From positions 1 through 64,000 of the forward strand of contig CAVTRY010000007.1 of assembly GCA_963737265.1 (NCBI GenBank): a stretch of DNA of 64,000 bases, written 5' to 3'. The notes beneath the pieces are model-generated. The model was not told where the DNA came from, made no database searches, and saw only the letters and a program-made list of their open reading frames with translations. The DNA comes from an uncultured delta proteobacterium. GTDB lineage: Bacteria; Myxococcota_A; Polyangia; Fen-1088. This document shows, piece by piece, positions 8,750-18,518 of this stretch; the stretch's first letter is position 1; each line of letters starts with the position of its first letter. The position numbers and the translations under genes were made by a program.

Positions 8750-9175
8750 CACATGCCCTGCCCGAGGTGCCACCCGGCATGTCACCGTTCCCGGTCCGGC
8801 CGCGATGTCCACCACACGCGTCGTCGCATCTATGTGCGCGCGCTCGATGGCGACATCGCCGAAAAGTCCCAGTAAGGGCATGGCGATATCGACGTAGCCG
8901 TCGGCGACCCAATCCCACGGCTGCGGGGTGGAGAGCGGATTGGCGGAAGGAGCTGTGGCCATGGGAGAAATCTACACCCACGCCGGTGCTAACGAAAAGG
9001 TCCCGAGGTTGTTCGCGCCCGACCCGTTCACATAAGAGCCGCAGTCGCCGTCACTACCTTGCTCCCACGATGCTCGCCCTTGTTTTGGATATTGGCTGTA
9101 GCGTTCGTGGGAGTCGTCGGCTCTACCCTGCTCGCGCGGTCTGGCGCCAGGGCGGTCTCCCTCGTCAGCTCGGCG

Positions 9176-9256
9176 CAGCAACACACCGCTCAGGCCGACC
9201 ATGGCGGCGCGGTAGAGATGGCGACTTGTGGCGCGCGTGAGGAGTCTTCCGTTCAC
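9176..9256 (-). pseudogene. Possible N-terminal remnant of a molybdate permease gene
   Basis: A GTG overlaps the modA stop (GTGA). It encodes MNGRLLTRATSRHLYRAAMVGLSGVLL and then loses hydrophobic character. The call rests on position only. Confidence 0.3.
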
Positions 9257-10068
9257 CTCTTTGCCTGCTCCTCTGCGGCGTCAAAGCCCGCGGCGCCGAG
9301 CGCCCTCTGTCCCTCCTTTGACTGCACCAGCTTGACGAATTCGCGCGCTAGATCGGCGTGGGGCGCGGCCTCGAGCGCGGCAATCGGGTATTCGGCGACG
9401 ACGTTGATCGCGCTTGGGATCTCGACGATCTGCACTTTGTCGGGCATGGTCAACGCATCGGTCTTGAACACGATGCCGGCGTCGCCTTCGCCCATGGCGA
9501 CCTTGGTCAGCACCTGGCGCACGTTCAGCTCGCGCGAGCGCACATTGGCCCGGACCCTGTCCACGAAGGACTTGCCGCTCTGTTTCTCGGCCGCCGCGAA
9601 GATGGTTTCGGTGTAGGCGCCGATGGGCACCTCGGGTGCGCCGACCACCAGGTGCGTGACCTTGGTCAGGTCGGCGAAGGTCTGTACCTTGGCCGGGTTG
9701 TTCTTGGGCACGACCACGACCGGCAGATTGCGTGCGAAGACCTTGGGCTCGGCCACCAGGCCCTGGCCGGCCAGCGCCTTCATGTGCTTCCAGTCCGCCG
9801 AGGCGAACACATCCACCTTGGCCCCTTGTTCGATCTGCACGCGAAGATCCTGACTGCCGGCGAAGTTAAAGCGGATTTTTAGCTTGGGGTGCTGGCCTTC
9901 GAAGGTCAGCGCGATGCTCTGGAAGACCTCACGCAGCGACGCCGCCGCGAATACGATCAGCTCGTGCGCCTCGGCGGCGCGCGCCTGGGTTGCGAAGACC
10001 TGCGTGCCAAGGCACGCGGCAACCAAGGAAGCTCGCAAGGAAGCTCGAATGAACGCGCGCCGATTCAT
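9253..10068 (-). CDS. modA: Molybdate ABC transporter substrate-binding protein
   Basis: VFAAASL, FAGSQDLRVQIEQGAKVDVFASA, VPIGAY, NVRQVL, AEYPIA. Twin-arginine-like start MNRRAF. Confidence 0.93.
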   Translation of the reverse strand: MNRRAFIRASLRASLVAACLGTQVFATQARAAEAHELIVFAAASLREVFQSIALTFEGQHPKLKIRFNFAGSQDLRVQIEQGAKVDVFASADWKHMKALAGQGLVAEPKVFARNLPVVVVPKNNPAKVQTFADLTKVTHLVVGAPEVPIGAYTETIFAAAEKQSGKSFVDRVRANVRSRELNVRQVLTKVAMGEGDAGIVFKTDALTMPDKVQIVEIPSAINVVAEYPIAALEAAPHADLAREFVKLVQSKEGQRALGAAGFDAAEEQAKR

Positions 10069-11201
10069 GCTGGTACCTCCGAAATTGCCGTGCCCGTGCG
10101 GGCGGTTTGATAGCCGGTCATGCCGGCAATGTCCTGGCGAAAGCGCGCGCTCGACAGACAATCGAGCAGTGCCTGCACGGGTGCCTGCGAAGCCAAGGTC
10201 GCCGGAAAGACCAGATCGAAGCGCGCTTCCGCGAGCGGCTCGAAGTGAAGTCCGAAACCCGCCGCCGCCGATCGTGTTGCCACGCCGACATCGCCCAGGC
10301 CCATGGCCACCATGTGCGCCACCGCCCGATGCCCGCGCGCGATCGCCACCGGCGTGTCGTGCTTCCAGGCGCGGCCCGCCTTGCGGTACACGCTTTCCAG
10401 TAGTTCTTGCGCGCCGGCGCCGGCTTCGCGCGCGACGATGCGCGTGCCTTCACGTTCCAGGTCGGCAACGCTCTTGTACTTCCACTCGGCTTTGCTCACG
10501 AAGCCTTGCTCCCAGGAAGCGAGCGTGACTAGCACCATAGGCTCCACGCCGAAGCGCTCGCGGACGGCGGTCGCGTTGTCGCCCGCGCCGCCATGCCCGA
10601 GAAGGTGCATGCCGGCGATGTGCACGCGCTTTTGCGCCAGCTCTTCCAGCGCCGGTCGGCTGGCCTTCTCGATCCAGTGCAGGCGGGGACCATGGAAGCG
10701 CTCTTCGAGATGGCGCCCGAGCACGCCGAGGGCTGGATCGCAGCCAGCGACCAGAAGATTGCGCTTCAGCGATTCCAGGTCGCGCAGCGAACGAACCTTG
10801 GCCTTGGTCTTGCCCTTTTGGGTCGAAAGCTTAGCTATGCCATCGGCCGGCGTGCCGAGTGCCAGGGCTTCGTCGGTCTCGAGCAGGCGGGCAATCCAGC
10901 GATCGGCGACCCAGCCCAGCGACACCCGCTTCTTGCGCCCGTCCTGGGCGCCAGGATCCGCCGCGCCCGCGAGCTCGGCCTCGATGACCTGTCCGTCGCC
11001 GCGCAGACTGAAAAGGTCTTCCACCCGGCAACCGAGTGCACGCGCCAGGGCGAGGGCGATCTGGGTGGAAGGAACGGTGTTGCCGCCCTCGATCAGACTG
11101 AGCGTCTGCCGGCTAACGCCGATAGCCTCGGCCAGATCCTGCTGTTGCATGCCGAGATGCTGCCGCGTGGCCTTGACAGCGGTACGTATGCGCGCATCCA
11201 T
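10065..11201 (-). CDS. XRE helix-turn-helix plus PBP-superfamily (molybdate-binding) regulator
   Basis: QQDLAEAIGVSRQTLSLIEGG HTH; VAGCDPAL, HIAGMHL, REAGAGA, GHRAVA. Translationally coupled to modA. Confidence 0.88.
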   Translation of the reverse strand: MDARIRTAVKATRQHLGMQQQDLAEAIGVSRQTLSLIEGGNTVPSTQIALALARALGCRVEDLFSLRGDGQVIEAELAGAADPGAQDGRKKRVSLGWVADRWIARLLETDEALALGTPADGIAKLSTQKGKTKAKVRSLRDLESLKRNLLVAGCDPALGVLGRHLEERFHGPRLHWIEKASRPALEELAQKRVHIAGMHLLGHGGAGDNATAVRERFGVEPMVLVTLASWEQGFVSKAEWKYKSVADLEREGTRIVAREAGAGAQELLESVYRKAGRAWKHDTPVAIARGHRAVAHMVAMGLGDVGVATRSAAAGFGLHFEPLAEARFDLVFPATLASQAPVQALLDCLSSARFRQDIAGMTGYQTARTGTAISEVPA

Positions 11202-11349
11202 GGCGGGAGCATTCCCAAACCAGGTCGCGGTGTCAATCTATCCAGACGTGAGGCGTCTAGAGTTTACCCGCCGGCCTCATCTGATTCACGCCGAGGTGTC
11301 CAATGGCCCCAACGCTGGCTTGCGGCATCGCGATGCTGGAAGCGCGGGC

Positions 11350-11398
11350 TCAAGACGTGTCCATAAATGGACCGGTCTTGAAGATTGTTGACCCTTCA
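11350..11398. repeat. Truncated second copy of the 1151-1309 MITE left end
   Basis: 11348-11386 matches 1149-1187 at 38/39 nt. It is bounded by TCA at 11350 and TCA at 11396 (the sugar porter stop codon). Confidence 0.85.
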
Positions 11399-12796
11399 GC
11401 CCTGCATCTCCTCTAGCTCTTTGCCCTTGGTCTCGTGCACGAACTTGACGATGAAGAAGATCGAGATGATGGCGCAAACCGTGTAAAGACCGTAGGCGCC
11501 GCCGAGGCCGACGCCGGCCAGCAGCATGGGAAAGGTCATGGTGATGCCGAAATTGGCAAGCCACTGGGCGAGGCCGCTGATCGCCAGTCCGGAGCCGCGG
11601 ATTTGGTTCGGGAACATCTCGCCCAGCATGACCCACATGACCGGGCCCCACGAGAAGTTGAAGAGCATGACGTAGAGGTTTGCCGCCACGAGCGCGATGG
11701 GACCCGCGCTGCCGGTGAGCGCGAGGGTGCCGTTGACGGCGTGGGCGGTGCCGAAAACCACGGCCAGCACGCCCAGGGTCACGCCCATGCCGATCGAGCC
11801 GATGAGCAAGAGTGGCTTGCGCCCCACCCGGTCGATGAGCGCGGTGGCAAATAGACAGGCCAGGATGCTGACCCCGCCGCTGATGACATTGATGAGAAGC
11901 GCGTCGCTCTCTTTGAATCCAGCCGACCGCCACAACACCGCGCCGTAGTAAAAGACGACGTTGATACCCACAAGCTGCTGGAAGCTGGCAAGGCCAATGC
12001 CGACCCACACAATGGGACGGAACAGTCGTTTGTTGTCGAGGATGTCGGTCAACTTGGGACGGTGGTGATCGGCGACCAGGGACGCGTCGATCTCCTTGAG
12101 CTTGGCCTGGGCAAGGGATGCGCCCATGAGGCGGGTCAGCACCGCCAGCGCCTTCTCCTTCTTCCCGCTCGCCACCAGGAAGCGCGGGCTCTCCGGGATG
12201 AAGAGCAAGGAGAAGAAGAAAGTCACCGACGGAATGAGCATCACCCAGAACATCCAGCGCCAGGCCTCGCAGCCAAGCGCCAACACGACGGTCGAGCCGC
12301 CCGCGACACGAGCCAGGATATAGTTGCTGACGAAGGATGCGAAAAGTCCACTGATGATGGCGATCTGCTGGATCGACGACAGGGTGCCGCGGTACTTCGC
12401 CGGGGCTACCTCGCTGATGTAGGCAGGGGCGAGCACGCTGGCGGCGCCGACGGCCAAGCCGCCGAGCACGCGCACCAGGATGAACTGGAACGAATCCTGG
12501 GCAAGGCCGGCCCCGAGCGCGCTGATGGTGAAGCACACCGAGGAGATGAGGAGAATGGTCCGGCGGCCGAACTTATCGGCGAGCCAGCCGGCCATGAAGG
12601 CGCCCGCGGCGCAGCCGAGCAGGATGCTGGCGACGTTGAAGCCGGTGCCAGCCGAGTCCGAGTGGAAGGCCTTTTGCAGGCCCTCGACGGTTCCGTTGAT
12701 CACACCACTGTCGTAGCCGAAGAGAAAACCTCCGATGGTTGCTACCAAGGTGATGAGGACGATGAAGGCGAAGTTGGTCGAGGTTTTCTCAGGCAT
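11396..12796 (-). CDS. Sugar porter MFS transporter (XylE/GlcP-like)
   Basis: GGFLFGYDSGVING, DKFGRR, PESPRFL, QQLVGINVVFYY, WGPVMWV, ETKGKELE. Confidence 0.95.
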   Translation of the reverse strand: MPEKTSTNFAFIVLITLVATIGGFLFGYDSGVINGTVEGLQKAFHSDSAGTGFNVASILLGCAAGAFMAGWLADKFGRRTILLISSVCFTISALGAGLAQDSFQFILVRVLGGLAVGAASVLAPAYISEVAPAKYRGTLSSIQQIAIISGLFASFVSNYILARVAGGSTVVLALGCEAWRWMFWVMLIPSVTFFFSLLFIPESPRFLVASGKKEKALAVLTRLMGASLAQAKLKEIDASLVADHHRPKLTDILDNKRLFRPIVWVGIGLASFQQLVGINVVFYYGAVLWRSAGFKESDALLINVISGGVSILACLFATALIDRVGRKPLLLIGSIGMGVTLGVLAVVFGTAHAVNGTLALTGSAGPIALVAANLYVMLFNFSWGPVMWVMLGEMFPNQIRGSGLAISGLAQWLANFGITMTFPMLLAGVGLGGAYGLYTVCAIISIFFIVKFVHETKGKELEEMQG

Positions 12797-12839
12797 CGGG
12801 ATCCCTCCTCAGGATTGAAGACAAACGGGGCAGGTCTCG

Positions 12840-13874
12840 TCACTCGGCGAAAAAGCGATGGATGATGGTGTGCCGGTAGGTTTCGCCCGGCTCGAGCACG
12901 GCACTTGGGAAGTCAGGCTGGTTCGGCGTGTTGGGAAAATACTGTGGTTCGACGCAAAAGGCGGAACGCCGCTGGTAGCTCCACCCGCCCTTTCCCACAA
13001 TACTCCCGTCGAGGAAATTGCCGGTGTAGAACTGCGAGCCGGGGGCGGTGGACCAAACCTCCATCGCTCGGCCGGAGGTTGGCTCCACTGCACGCGCGAC
13101 GAGGCCCAAGGCGCCGGGTGATTTGGCGATGACCCAGTTGTGGTCGAAGCCTCCACAGAACTTCAATTGTTGGTCGTCGGCGTCGATGCGATCGCCGATG
13201 CGGGTTGGCTGGCGGAAGTCGAAGGGGGTGCCCGCGACCGATCGCAGCTCGCCGGTGGGGATGAGGTTTGCGTCCACGGGTGTGAAGCGCTCCGCGTTTA
13301 GAAGCAGCTTGTGGCCAAGGATGTTACCCTGCCCGGCCAGGTTGAAATACGAATGGTGGGTCAAATTGACGACTGTGGTTTGGTCGGTTGTCGCGGTGAA
13401 GTCGATGCGCAGGCTGCTATCCTCGGTGAGAGTGTAGAGGGCGATTACATCGAGATTGCCGGGGAAGCCCTCGTCGAGGTGTTTACTGCGGTAGCGGAGC
13501 TCCAACCCGGGCCCGCGATCGCTTGGCGCCGGCCGCGCGATCCAGTGGACTTTGTCAAAGCCCTTCTGTCCGCCATGAAGCGCGTTCGAGCCATCGTTGG
13601 CCGGCAATCGGTACTCTTGCCCGCCCAGGGAAAAACGCGCTCTTGCGATGCGGTTGCCGTAGCGGCCGATCAGGCTGCCAAAATAGGGACTCGCCTTCAC
13701 GTAGTCGGCGACCTGGTCGTAGCCGAGCACGACATCCGCGAAGGCGCCGTTCCTATCGGGCACATGAAGCGACATCACGATGCCGCCGTAGTTGGTGATG
13801 CGCGCACGCATGCCGGCGCGATTGCGCAGAAGGTAGATCTGCGCGTCGCCTTGCTCGTCGACCAAATCAACCAT
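12840..13874 (-). CDS. galM: Aldose 1-epimerase (mutarotase)
   Basis: GRYGNRI, LHGG, EGFPG, NLTHHSYFNL, FDHNW, FCVEPQ. Confidence 0.93.
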   Translation of the reverse strand: MVDLVDEQGDAQIYLLRNRAGMRARITNYGGIVMSLHVPDRNGAFADVVLGYDQVADYVKASPYFGSLIGRYGNRIARARFSLGGQEYRLPANDGSNALHGGQKGFDKVHWIARPAPSDRGPGLELRYRSKHLDEGFPGNLDVIALYTLTEDSSLRIDFTATTDQTTVVNLTHHSYFNLAGQGNILGHKLLLNAERFTPVDANLIPTGELRSVAGTPFDFRQPTRIGDRIDADDQQLKFCGGFDHNWVIAKSPGALGLVARAVEPTSGRAMEVWSTAPGSQFYTGNFLDGSIVGKGGWSYQRRSAFCVEPQYFPNTPNQPDFPSAVLEPGETYRHTIIHRFFAE

Positions 13875-13890
13875 GGCGTTGGCCTTGCCT

Positions 13891-15210
13891 TCAGACGTAG
13901 CGGTTGACGAGATTTTCGAGCAGCTCCTGCTGGCCGGAACGCGGCTTAGGATTGAGGTTGTCCTTGACCACGCGATCGGAGATCGCGGCGAGGTCGAGCT
14001 TCTGGTCGAGGATGTCCTTGCCGAGGCCAGCATGCCAACCCTGGTAGCGGGTATCGACCGCGCCTTGCAGCTTGCCGTCCGCGATCATCTTGTCGGCGAC
14101 GAGCAGCGCGCGCGCGAGCACGTCCATGCCGCCGATGTGGGCGTGGAAGAGATCGGCCAGGTCGATGCTTTGCCGGCGGATCTTGGCGTCGAAGTTGAAC
14201 CCGCCGGTCTTGAAACCGCCCGCGGCGACGATGTGTCGCAAGACCAGCGCTATCTCGCCCACGTCGTTCGGGAACTGGTCGGTGTCCCAGCCAAGCAGAA
14301 GATCGCCTCGGTTCATGTCGATGCTGCCGAAGTAACCGTTGGCCAGGGCGTAGGCGACTTCGTGCTCGAAGGTGTGGCCGGCCAGCGTGGCGTGGTTGTT
14401 CTCGATGTTGAGCTTGATGTCCTCGGACGACAGACCGTACTTCTGCAAAAATGCTACGACCGCGGCCGAATCGTAGTCGTACTGGTGCTTCGACGGCTCG
14501 CGCGGCTTGGGCTCGATGAGGAGAGGCCCCTTGAATCCGATCTTGTGTTTGTACTCGCACACCAGGTTCATGAAGCGGCCCATCTGGTCGAGCTCGCGTT
14601 TCATGTCGGTGTTGAGCAGGGTTTCGTAGCCCTCGCGGCCGCCCCACAGCACGTAGTTTTCGCCGCCCAGCTTTTGCGTGACATCGAGGGCTTTCTTCAC
14701 CTGCGCGGCGGCGTAGGCGAAGACCTCGGGATCGGGATTGGTGGACGCGCCCGCCATGAAGCGTGGATTGGAAAACAGGTTCGCCGTGCCCCACAGAAGC
14801 TTCACGCCGGTCTTCTGCTGCAGGCCGGCCAGCACCTCGACGATGCGGTCGAGCAGGTCGTTGCTTTCCGCAAGCGTCTTTCCCTCGGGTGCCACATCGC
14901 GGTCGTGGAAGCAGTAGTAAGGATTGCCAAGCTTGGCGAAGAACTCGAAGGCGGCTTCGGCCTTGAGCTTGGCCATCTCCAGGCCGTCGCCGGCGGCTTG
15001 CCAGGGCCGGTCGAAGGTCGCCGAGCCGAACGGATCCGAACCGGTGCTGCAGAACGTATGCCAGTAGCAAACCGCGACGCGCAGGTGTTCGTCTATGCGC
15101 TTGCCGCGCACCACGCGGTTCTTGTCATAGAAACGGAACGACAGCGGATTATCCGATGCCGGGCCCTTGAACGGGATGGGATCGATCTCGGGAAAAATGG
15201 GCTGTGACAT
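13891..15210 (-). CDS. xylA: Xylose isomerase (class II)
   Basis: [49 protein letters not shown]. Confidence 0.98.
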   Translation of the reverse strand: MSQPIFPEIDPIPFKGPASDNPLSFRFYDKNRVVRGKRIDEHLRVAVCYWHTFCSTGSDPFGSATFDRPWQAAGDGLEMAKLKAEAAFEFFAKLGNPYYCFHDRDVAPEGKTLAESNDLLDRIVEVLAGLQQKTGVKLLWGTANLFSNPRFMAGASTNPDPEVFAYAAAQVKKALDVTQKLGGENYVLWGGREGYETLLNTDMKRELDQMGRFMNLVCEYKHKIGFKGPLLIEPKPREPSKHQYDYDSAAVVAFLQKYGLSSEDIKLNIENNHATLAGHTFEHEVAYALANGYFGSIDMNRGDLLLGWDTDQFPNDVGEIALVLRHIVAAGGFKTGGFNFDAKIRRQSIDLADLFHAHIGGMDVLARALLVADKMIADGKLQGAVDTRYQGWHAGLGKDILDQKLDLAAISDRVVKDNLNPKPRSGQQELLENLVNRYV

Positions 15211-15262
15211 GGCAGGCGTCCTTTGGTGAATGGTCACGAGACACGCGTCGGTGGCTCGTCAC

Positions 15263-16822
15263 TCAAATTTTGCTCAGCTCGGTTGTGAAATTGGTTGCAA
15301 GAACGTCGTAGGCTGGACGGGCGCTGGAATCGGGCGTTACCGCCAAAGCGCGCTCGGGGGGACAGAACGTCGCGTACAGCTCCGACCAGGCACGCTGCTC
15401 GACCGCCTGCGCGGCCCGCAGGGCACCACCGAGCGCGGACGAATTCGATACGGAAAGTGGCACGATGGTGGCCTGAAAGACGTCGGCGAGCACGCGCAGG
15501 AGGCCTCGATTTCGGGACGCGCCGCCCGTGACCAGAATGGTGTGCATCTTCTCGCCGATCCAATCGGAGTGGATGCGCATGCTAATGGCTTGCGCCTCGA
15601 CCACCGCGCGCGCCGCGGCCGCGCCGTCCTTGCCTGCCACGAAGGCATCGCTGCCGAACCAGCGTGCCCCGGCCTTGAGCACGCGCGGCGTGATCTCGGG
15701 AACGAAGTACGGCAGCAGCAGGTTGCCGCCGTTGCCCGGCTTGGTCTTGTCCGCGATGGCGGCCGCGAAATCGTCCCACGACAACCCGAAGCGCTTGGCG
15801 ATCTCCTCGCGCGCCAGCGAACCGTTCGAGAAGCAAGCCAGCGACATGAAGCCGCCGGCCGGATTGCCGAACACGCTGCCATAGCCGCGCGGGTCGGTGC
15901 GCTTTTGTGCCATGGCGGTGAACACCGTATCGCTGGTGCCGAGGCTGATCACCGCGGTGCCCGGCTGACTCGCGCCCATGCCGATGAGGCTCGACGGATT
16001 GTCGCCGGTGAAGGCCACGACCTTGGTGCCGGGCGCGAACCCGAACTTGCTTGCGAAGTAGCCCGCGATCTCTCCAACGATGGTGGCGCTGGCCACCGGC
16101 GGCTTCAGCTTGCCGCGCAGATCCGGCGCGGTGGCGTCGAGCAAGGCGTCGCTCCATCGTCCGGTCGACAGATCGAGCAGGTTCATGCCCGCGCCGTCAC
16201 CCCAATCGATGCTGACGCCGTTGCCGGTGAGCAGCGAGGGAATGAACGAGCTGACCAAGTGGATCTCCGCGGTCTTCCGCCACTCGGTCGGGCTGGTCTT
16301 AAAGAAACGGCGGATCTGCGGGCCGGTGAAGCGCAGCGTAGCCCGCGAGCCAGAAATGGTGGCCACGCGCTCGTCGCCACCCGTCGCGGCCGCGATCTCG
16401 GCGCACTCGGCGCTGGTCGAGCTGTCCATCCAAATCGGAGCGGTCTTGCGCGACAGCAGGGGCCTCACTTGTTCGACCAGCGGGAGCGACGGGGACCAGT
16501 CCCCGACCTTGTCCATGGATTTGTTCAAGTAGACCGAGCCATGCTGCTGGCCAGCGCCGCTGATGCCGCGGATCTTGCTCAAATCCACGCCGACGTTGCG
16601 TAGCTCCTGCAACAGGAGATCGAGCGCCTCGACCCACATCAACGGATCGGCATGCCTTACCGACGGGTCGGCATGGGGCAGAAATCCAGAGGGCGACTGG
16701 TACCGCGGCAGGCGCGCGCCGAAATTCACACTTCGCTCGGCGACGACCTTGCCCGTGTCGGTGTCGATGAGCAGCGCCGAGAGGCTCTGCGTGCTGGAGT
16801 CGAGTCCTAGAAACTGTGCCAT
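15263..16822 (-). CDS. xylB: Xylulokinase, eukaryote-like FGGY subtype
   Basis: [49 protein letters not shown]. Adjacent to xylA. Confidence 0.9.
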   Translation of the reverse strand: MAQFLGLDSSTQSLSALLIDTDTGKVVAERSVNFGARLPRYQSPSGFLPHADPSVRHADPLMWVEALDLLLQELRNVGVDLSKIRGISGAGQQHGSVYLNKSMDKVGDWSPSLPLVEQVRPLLSRKTAPIWMDSSTSAECAEIAAATGGDERVATISGSRATLRFTGPQIRRFFKTSPTEWRKTAEIHLVSSFIPSLLTGNGVSIDWGDGAGMNLLDLSTGRWSDALLDATAPDLRGKLKPPVASATIVGEIAGYFASKFGFAPGTKVVAFTGDNPSSLIGMGASQPGTAVISLGTSDTVFTAMAQKRTDPRGYGSVFGNPAGGFMSLACFSNGSLAREEIAKRFGLSWDDFAAAIADKTKPGNGGNLLLPYFVPEITPRVLKAGARWFGSDAFVAGKDGAAAARAVVEAQAISMRIHSDWIGEKMHTILVTGGASRNRGLLRVLADVFQATIVPLSVSNSSALGGALRAAQAVEQRAWSELYATFCPPERALAVTPDSSARPAYDVLATNFTTELSKI

Positions 16823-17105
16823 GCGTGTCTTTGTTGGAGGTCGCCTCGTCAGCCGAGTCGTCGGGTCGGCCACATGGTCTCGTGGAAGGGCGTTGAAACC
16901 CGCGTGGATACACTTCTACCAGAGATCTTCCGATGAGGGAATCCGAGGAGAGACGTGTGTACCCGGCGTTGAGGCAAGCCGACCGCGACCCAAGGACAGA
17001 CGCGCGGCAAGGATCTGCCGGCGGCTGTTGCTCGACTTCGCGGCCGCGTCCCGGCAGAAGCTCTCGGCGGTGGCCACACATTCTCCTCTTTATGGAGAAA
17101 TCACG

Positions 17106-18410
17106 ATGTTGGTAACGAAGCGCACTCTTTTCGCCGTAGCTGTTCTCGGTTTTGCGGCAGTCGCCTCTGCGTGCTCGAGCAGTTCCGGTGGGTCGAGCGG
17201 GCTGGGCGGCACAGGGGCCGGCGGTGCCAAGATCGGGACCGGTGGTGCGACGGGTTCAGGCGGCGCGACCGGCTCGGGCGGTGTGACCGGCTCGGGTGGC
17301 GCGACTGGCTCGGGTGGTGCGACCGGCTTGGGCGGGACCATAGCTTCGGGCGGCGCGACTGGCTCCGGCGGTGCCACCGGTTCGGGTGGGGCGACCGGCA
17401 GAGGTGGCGTGACGGGCACGGGCGGGGCCACGGCTTCTGGCGGTGCCACCGGCGCTGGTGGCGCAACGGCGACGGGTGGCGCGTCGGGCGGCGGTGGCGC
17501 GGGAGGCTCAACGGCCACGTGCGCACTACCCAAGACCTTCAAATGGACGTCGACGGGCCCGCTCGCTCAGCCACAGAACGGGTGGGTCGCGCTCAAGGAC
17601 TTCAGCAGCGTCGTCTACAACAATCAGCATATTGTCTACATGTCGACAGTCACTAGCGGGGGGGCCTACTCCCTGGGCATGATGACCTTTGCCGATTGGC
17701 CGCAAATGGCCACGGCGACCCAATATGCGATGCCTCGTGTCGGAGGCGCAGCGCCGGCGCTGATCTATTTCACCCCGAAGAACATCTGGGTTCTGATGTC
17801 GGAGTGGGGTGCGTGCAATTTCAACTATTGGACCTCGACCGACGCCACCAACCCGTCGGGCTGGTCGCAAGCATCCTGCCTCTACAATGGAAGCTCAATC
17901 GACGAGACGGTCGTCTGCAACAGCACGACCTGCTATCTATTTTTCGCGAATGACGACGGAACCGTCCATCGGGCGTCGATGCCGATCGGCAACTTCCCGG
18001 GCACCTTCACCAACGCAACGACCATCATGACCGACACCACGGCCAACCTGTTCGAGGCCCTGGATGTCTACACAGTCAAGGGGGCGAACCAGTACCTCTT
18101 GATCGTCGAGGCAATGGGCGGTGGAGGGCGGTACTACCGATCCTTTACCGCGACCGATCTCGGGGGTTCGTGGACTCCGCTGGCGGCGACCGAAAGCAAT
18201 CCCTTTGCCGGCAAGGCCAACGTCACCTTCAGCGGCGCCGCTTGGACGAACGACATCAGCAGCGGCGATATCGTTCGCAACAATCCCGACGAGACGCAGA
18301 CCGTCGACCCGTGCAATTTGCAGTTTCTCTACCAGGGGTGCGCTCCCGGACAATATCCTAGCTACAACTCTCTCCCCTATCGCCCGGGGTTGCTCACGCT
18401 GGTGCGATAG
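17106..18410 (+). CDS. GH62 alpha-L-arabinofuranosidase lipoprotein with Gly-rich linker
   Basis: Lipobox ASAC, (GGATGS)n linker, [42 protein letters not shown]. Confidence 0.93.
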   Translation: MLVTKRTLFAVAVLGFAAVASACSSSSGGSSGLGGTGAGGAKIGTGGATGSGGATGSGGVTGSGGATGSGGATGLGGTIASGGATGSGGATGSGGATGRGGVTGTGGATASGGATGAGGATATGGASGGGGAGGSTATCALPKTFKWTSTGPLAQPQNGWVALKDFSSVVYNNQHIVYMSTVTSGGAYSLGMMTFADWPQMATATQYAMPRVGGAAPALIYFTPKNIWVLMSEWGACNFNYWTSTDATNPSGWSQASCLYNGSSIDETVVCNSTTCYLFFANDDGTVHRASMPIGNFPGTFTNATTIMTDTTANLFEALDVYTVKGANQYLLIVEAMGGGGRYYRSFTATDLGGSWTPLAATESNPFAGKANVTFSGAAWTNDISSGDIVRNNPDETQTVDPCNLQFLYQGCAPGQYPSYNSLPYRPGLLTLVR

Positions 18411-18518
18411 ACCCTGCGTCATACCGGTCGTAGCTGGGGTTTGGGTGGGCTACACCTGCTTGTGCCAACCAGTAGAAGCTCTTGGCGGCGGCGACACATT
18501 CTTCTGAAAAGAGGACTC

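Larger units (their letters stand above)
7545..8962 (-). pseudogene. Class I SAM-dependent methyltransferase split by a 578-bp insertion
   Basis: The N-part (VVDIAAGPG motif I, ending APRAGHV) at 8750-8962 and the C-part (DAIDFSAEM...GDGQALPYADASFD) at 7545-8162 rejoin in frame (831 nt, 276 aa) when the element and one duplication copy are removed. Confidence 0.92.

Noticed and set aside
10024-10047. 12-bp tandem duplication in the modA signal peptide (RASL twice)
   Set aside because: In frame and probably neutral.
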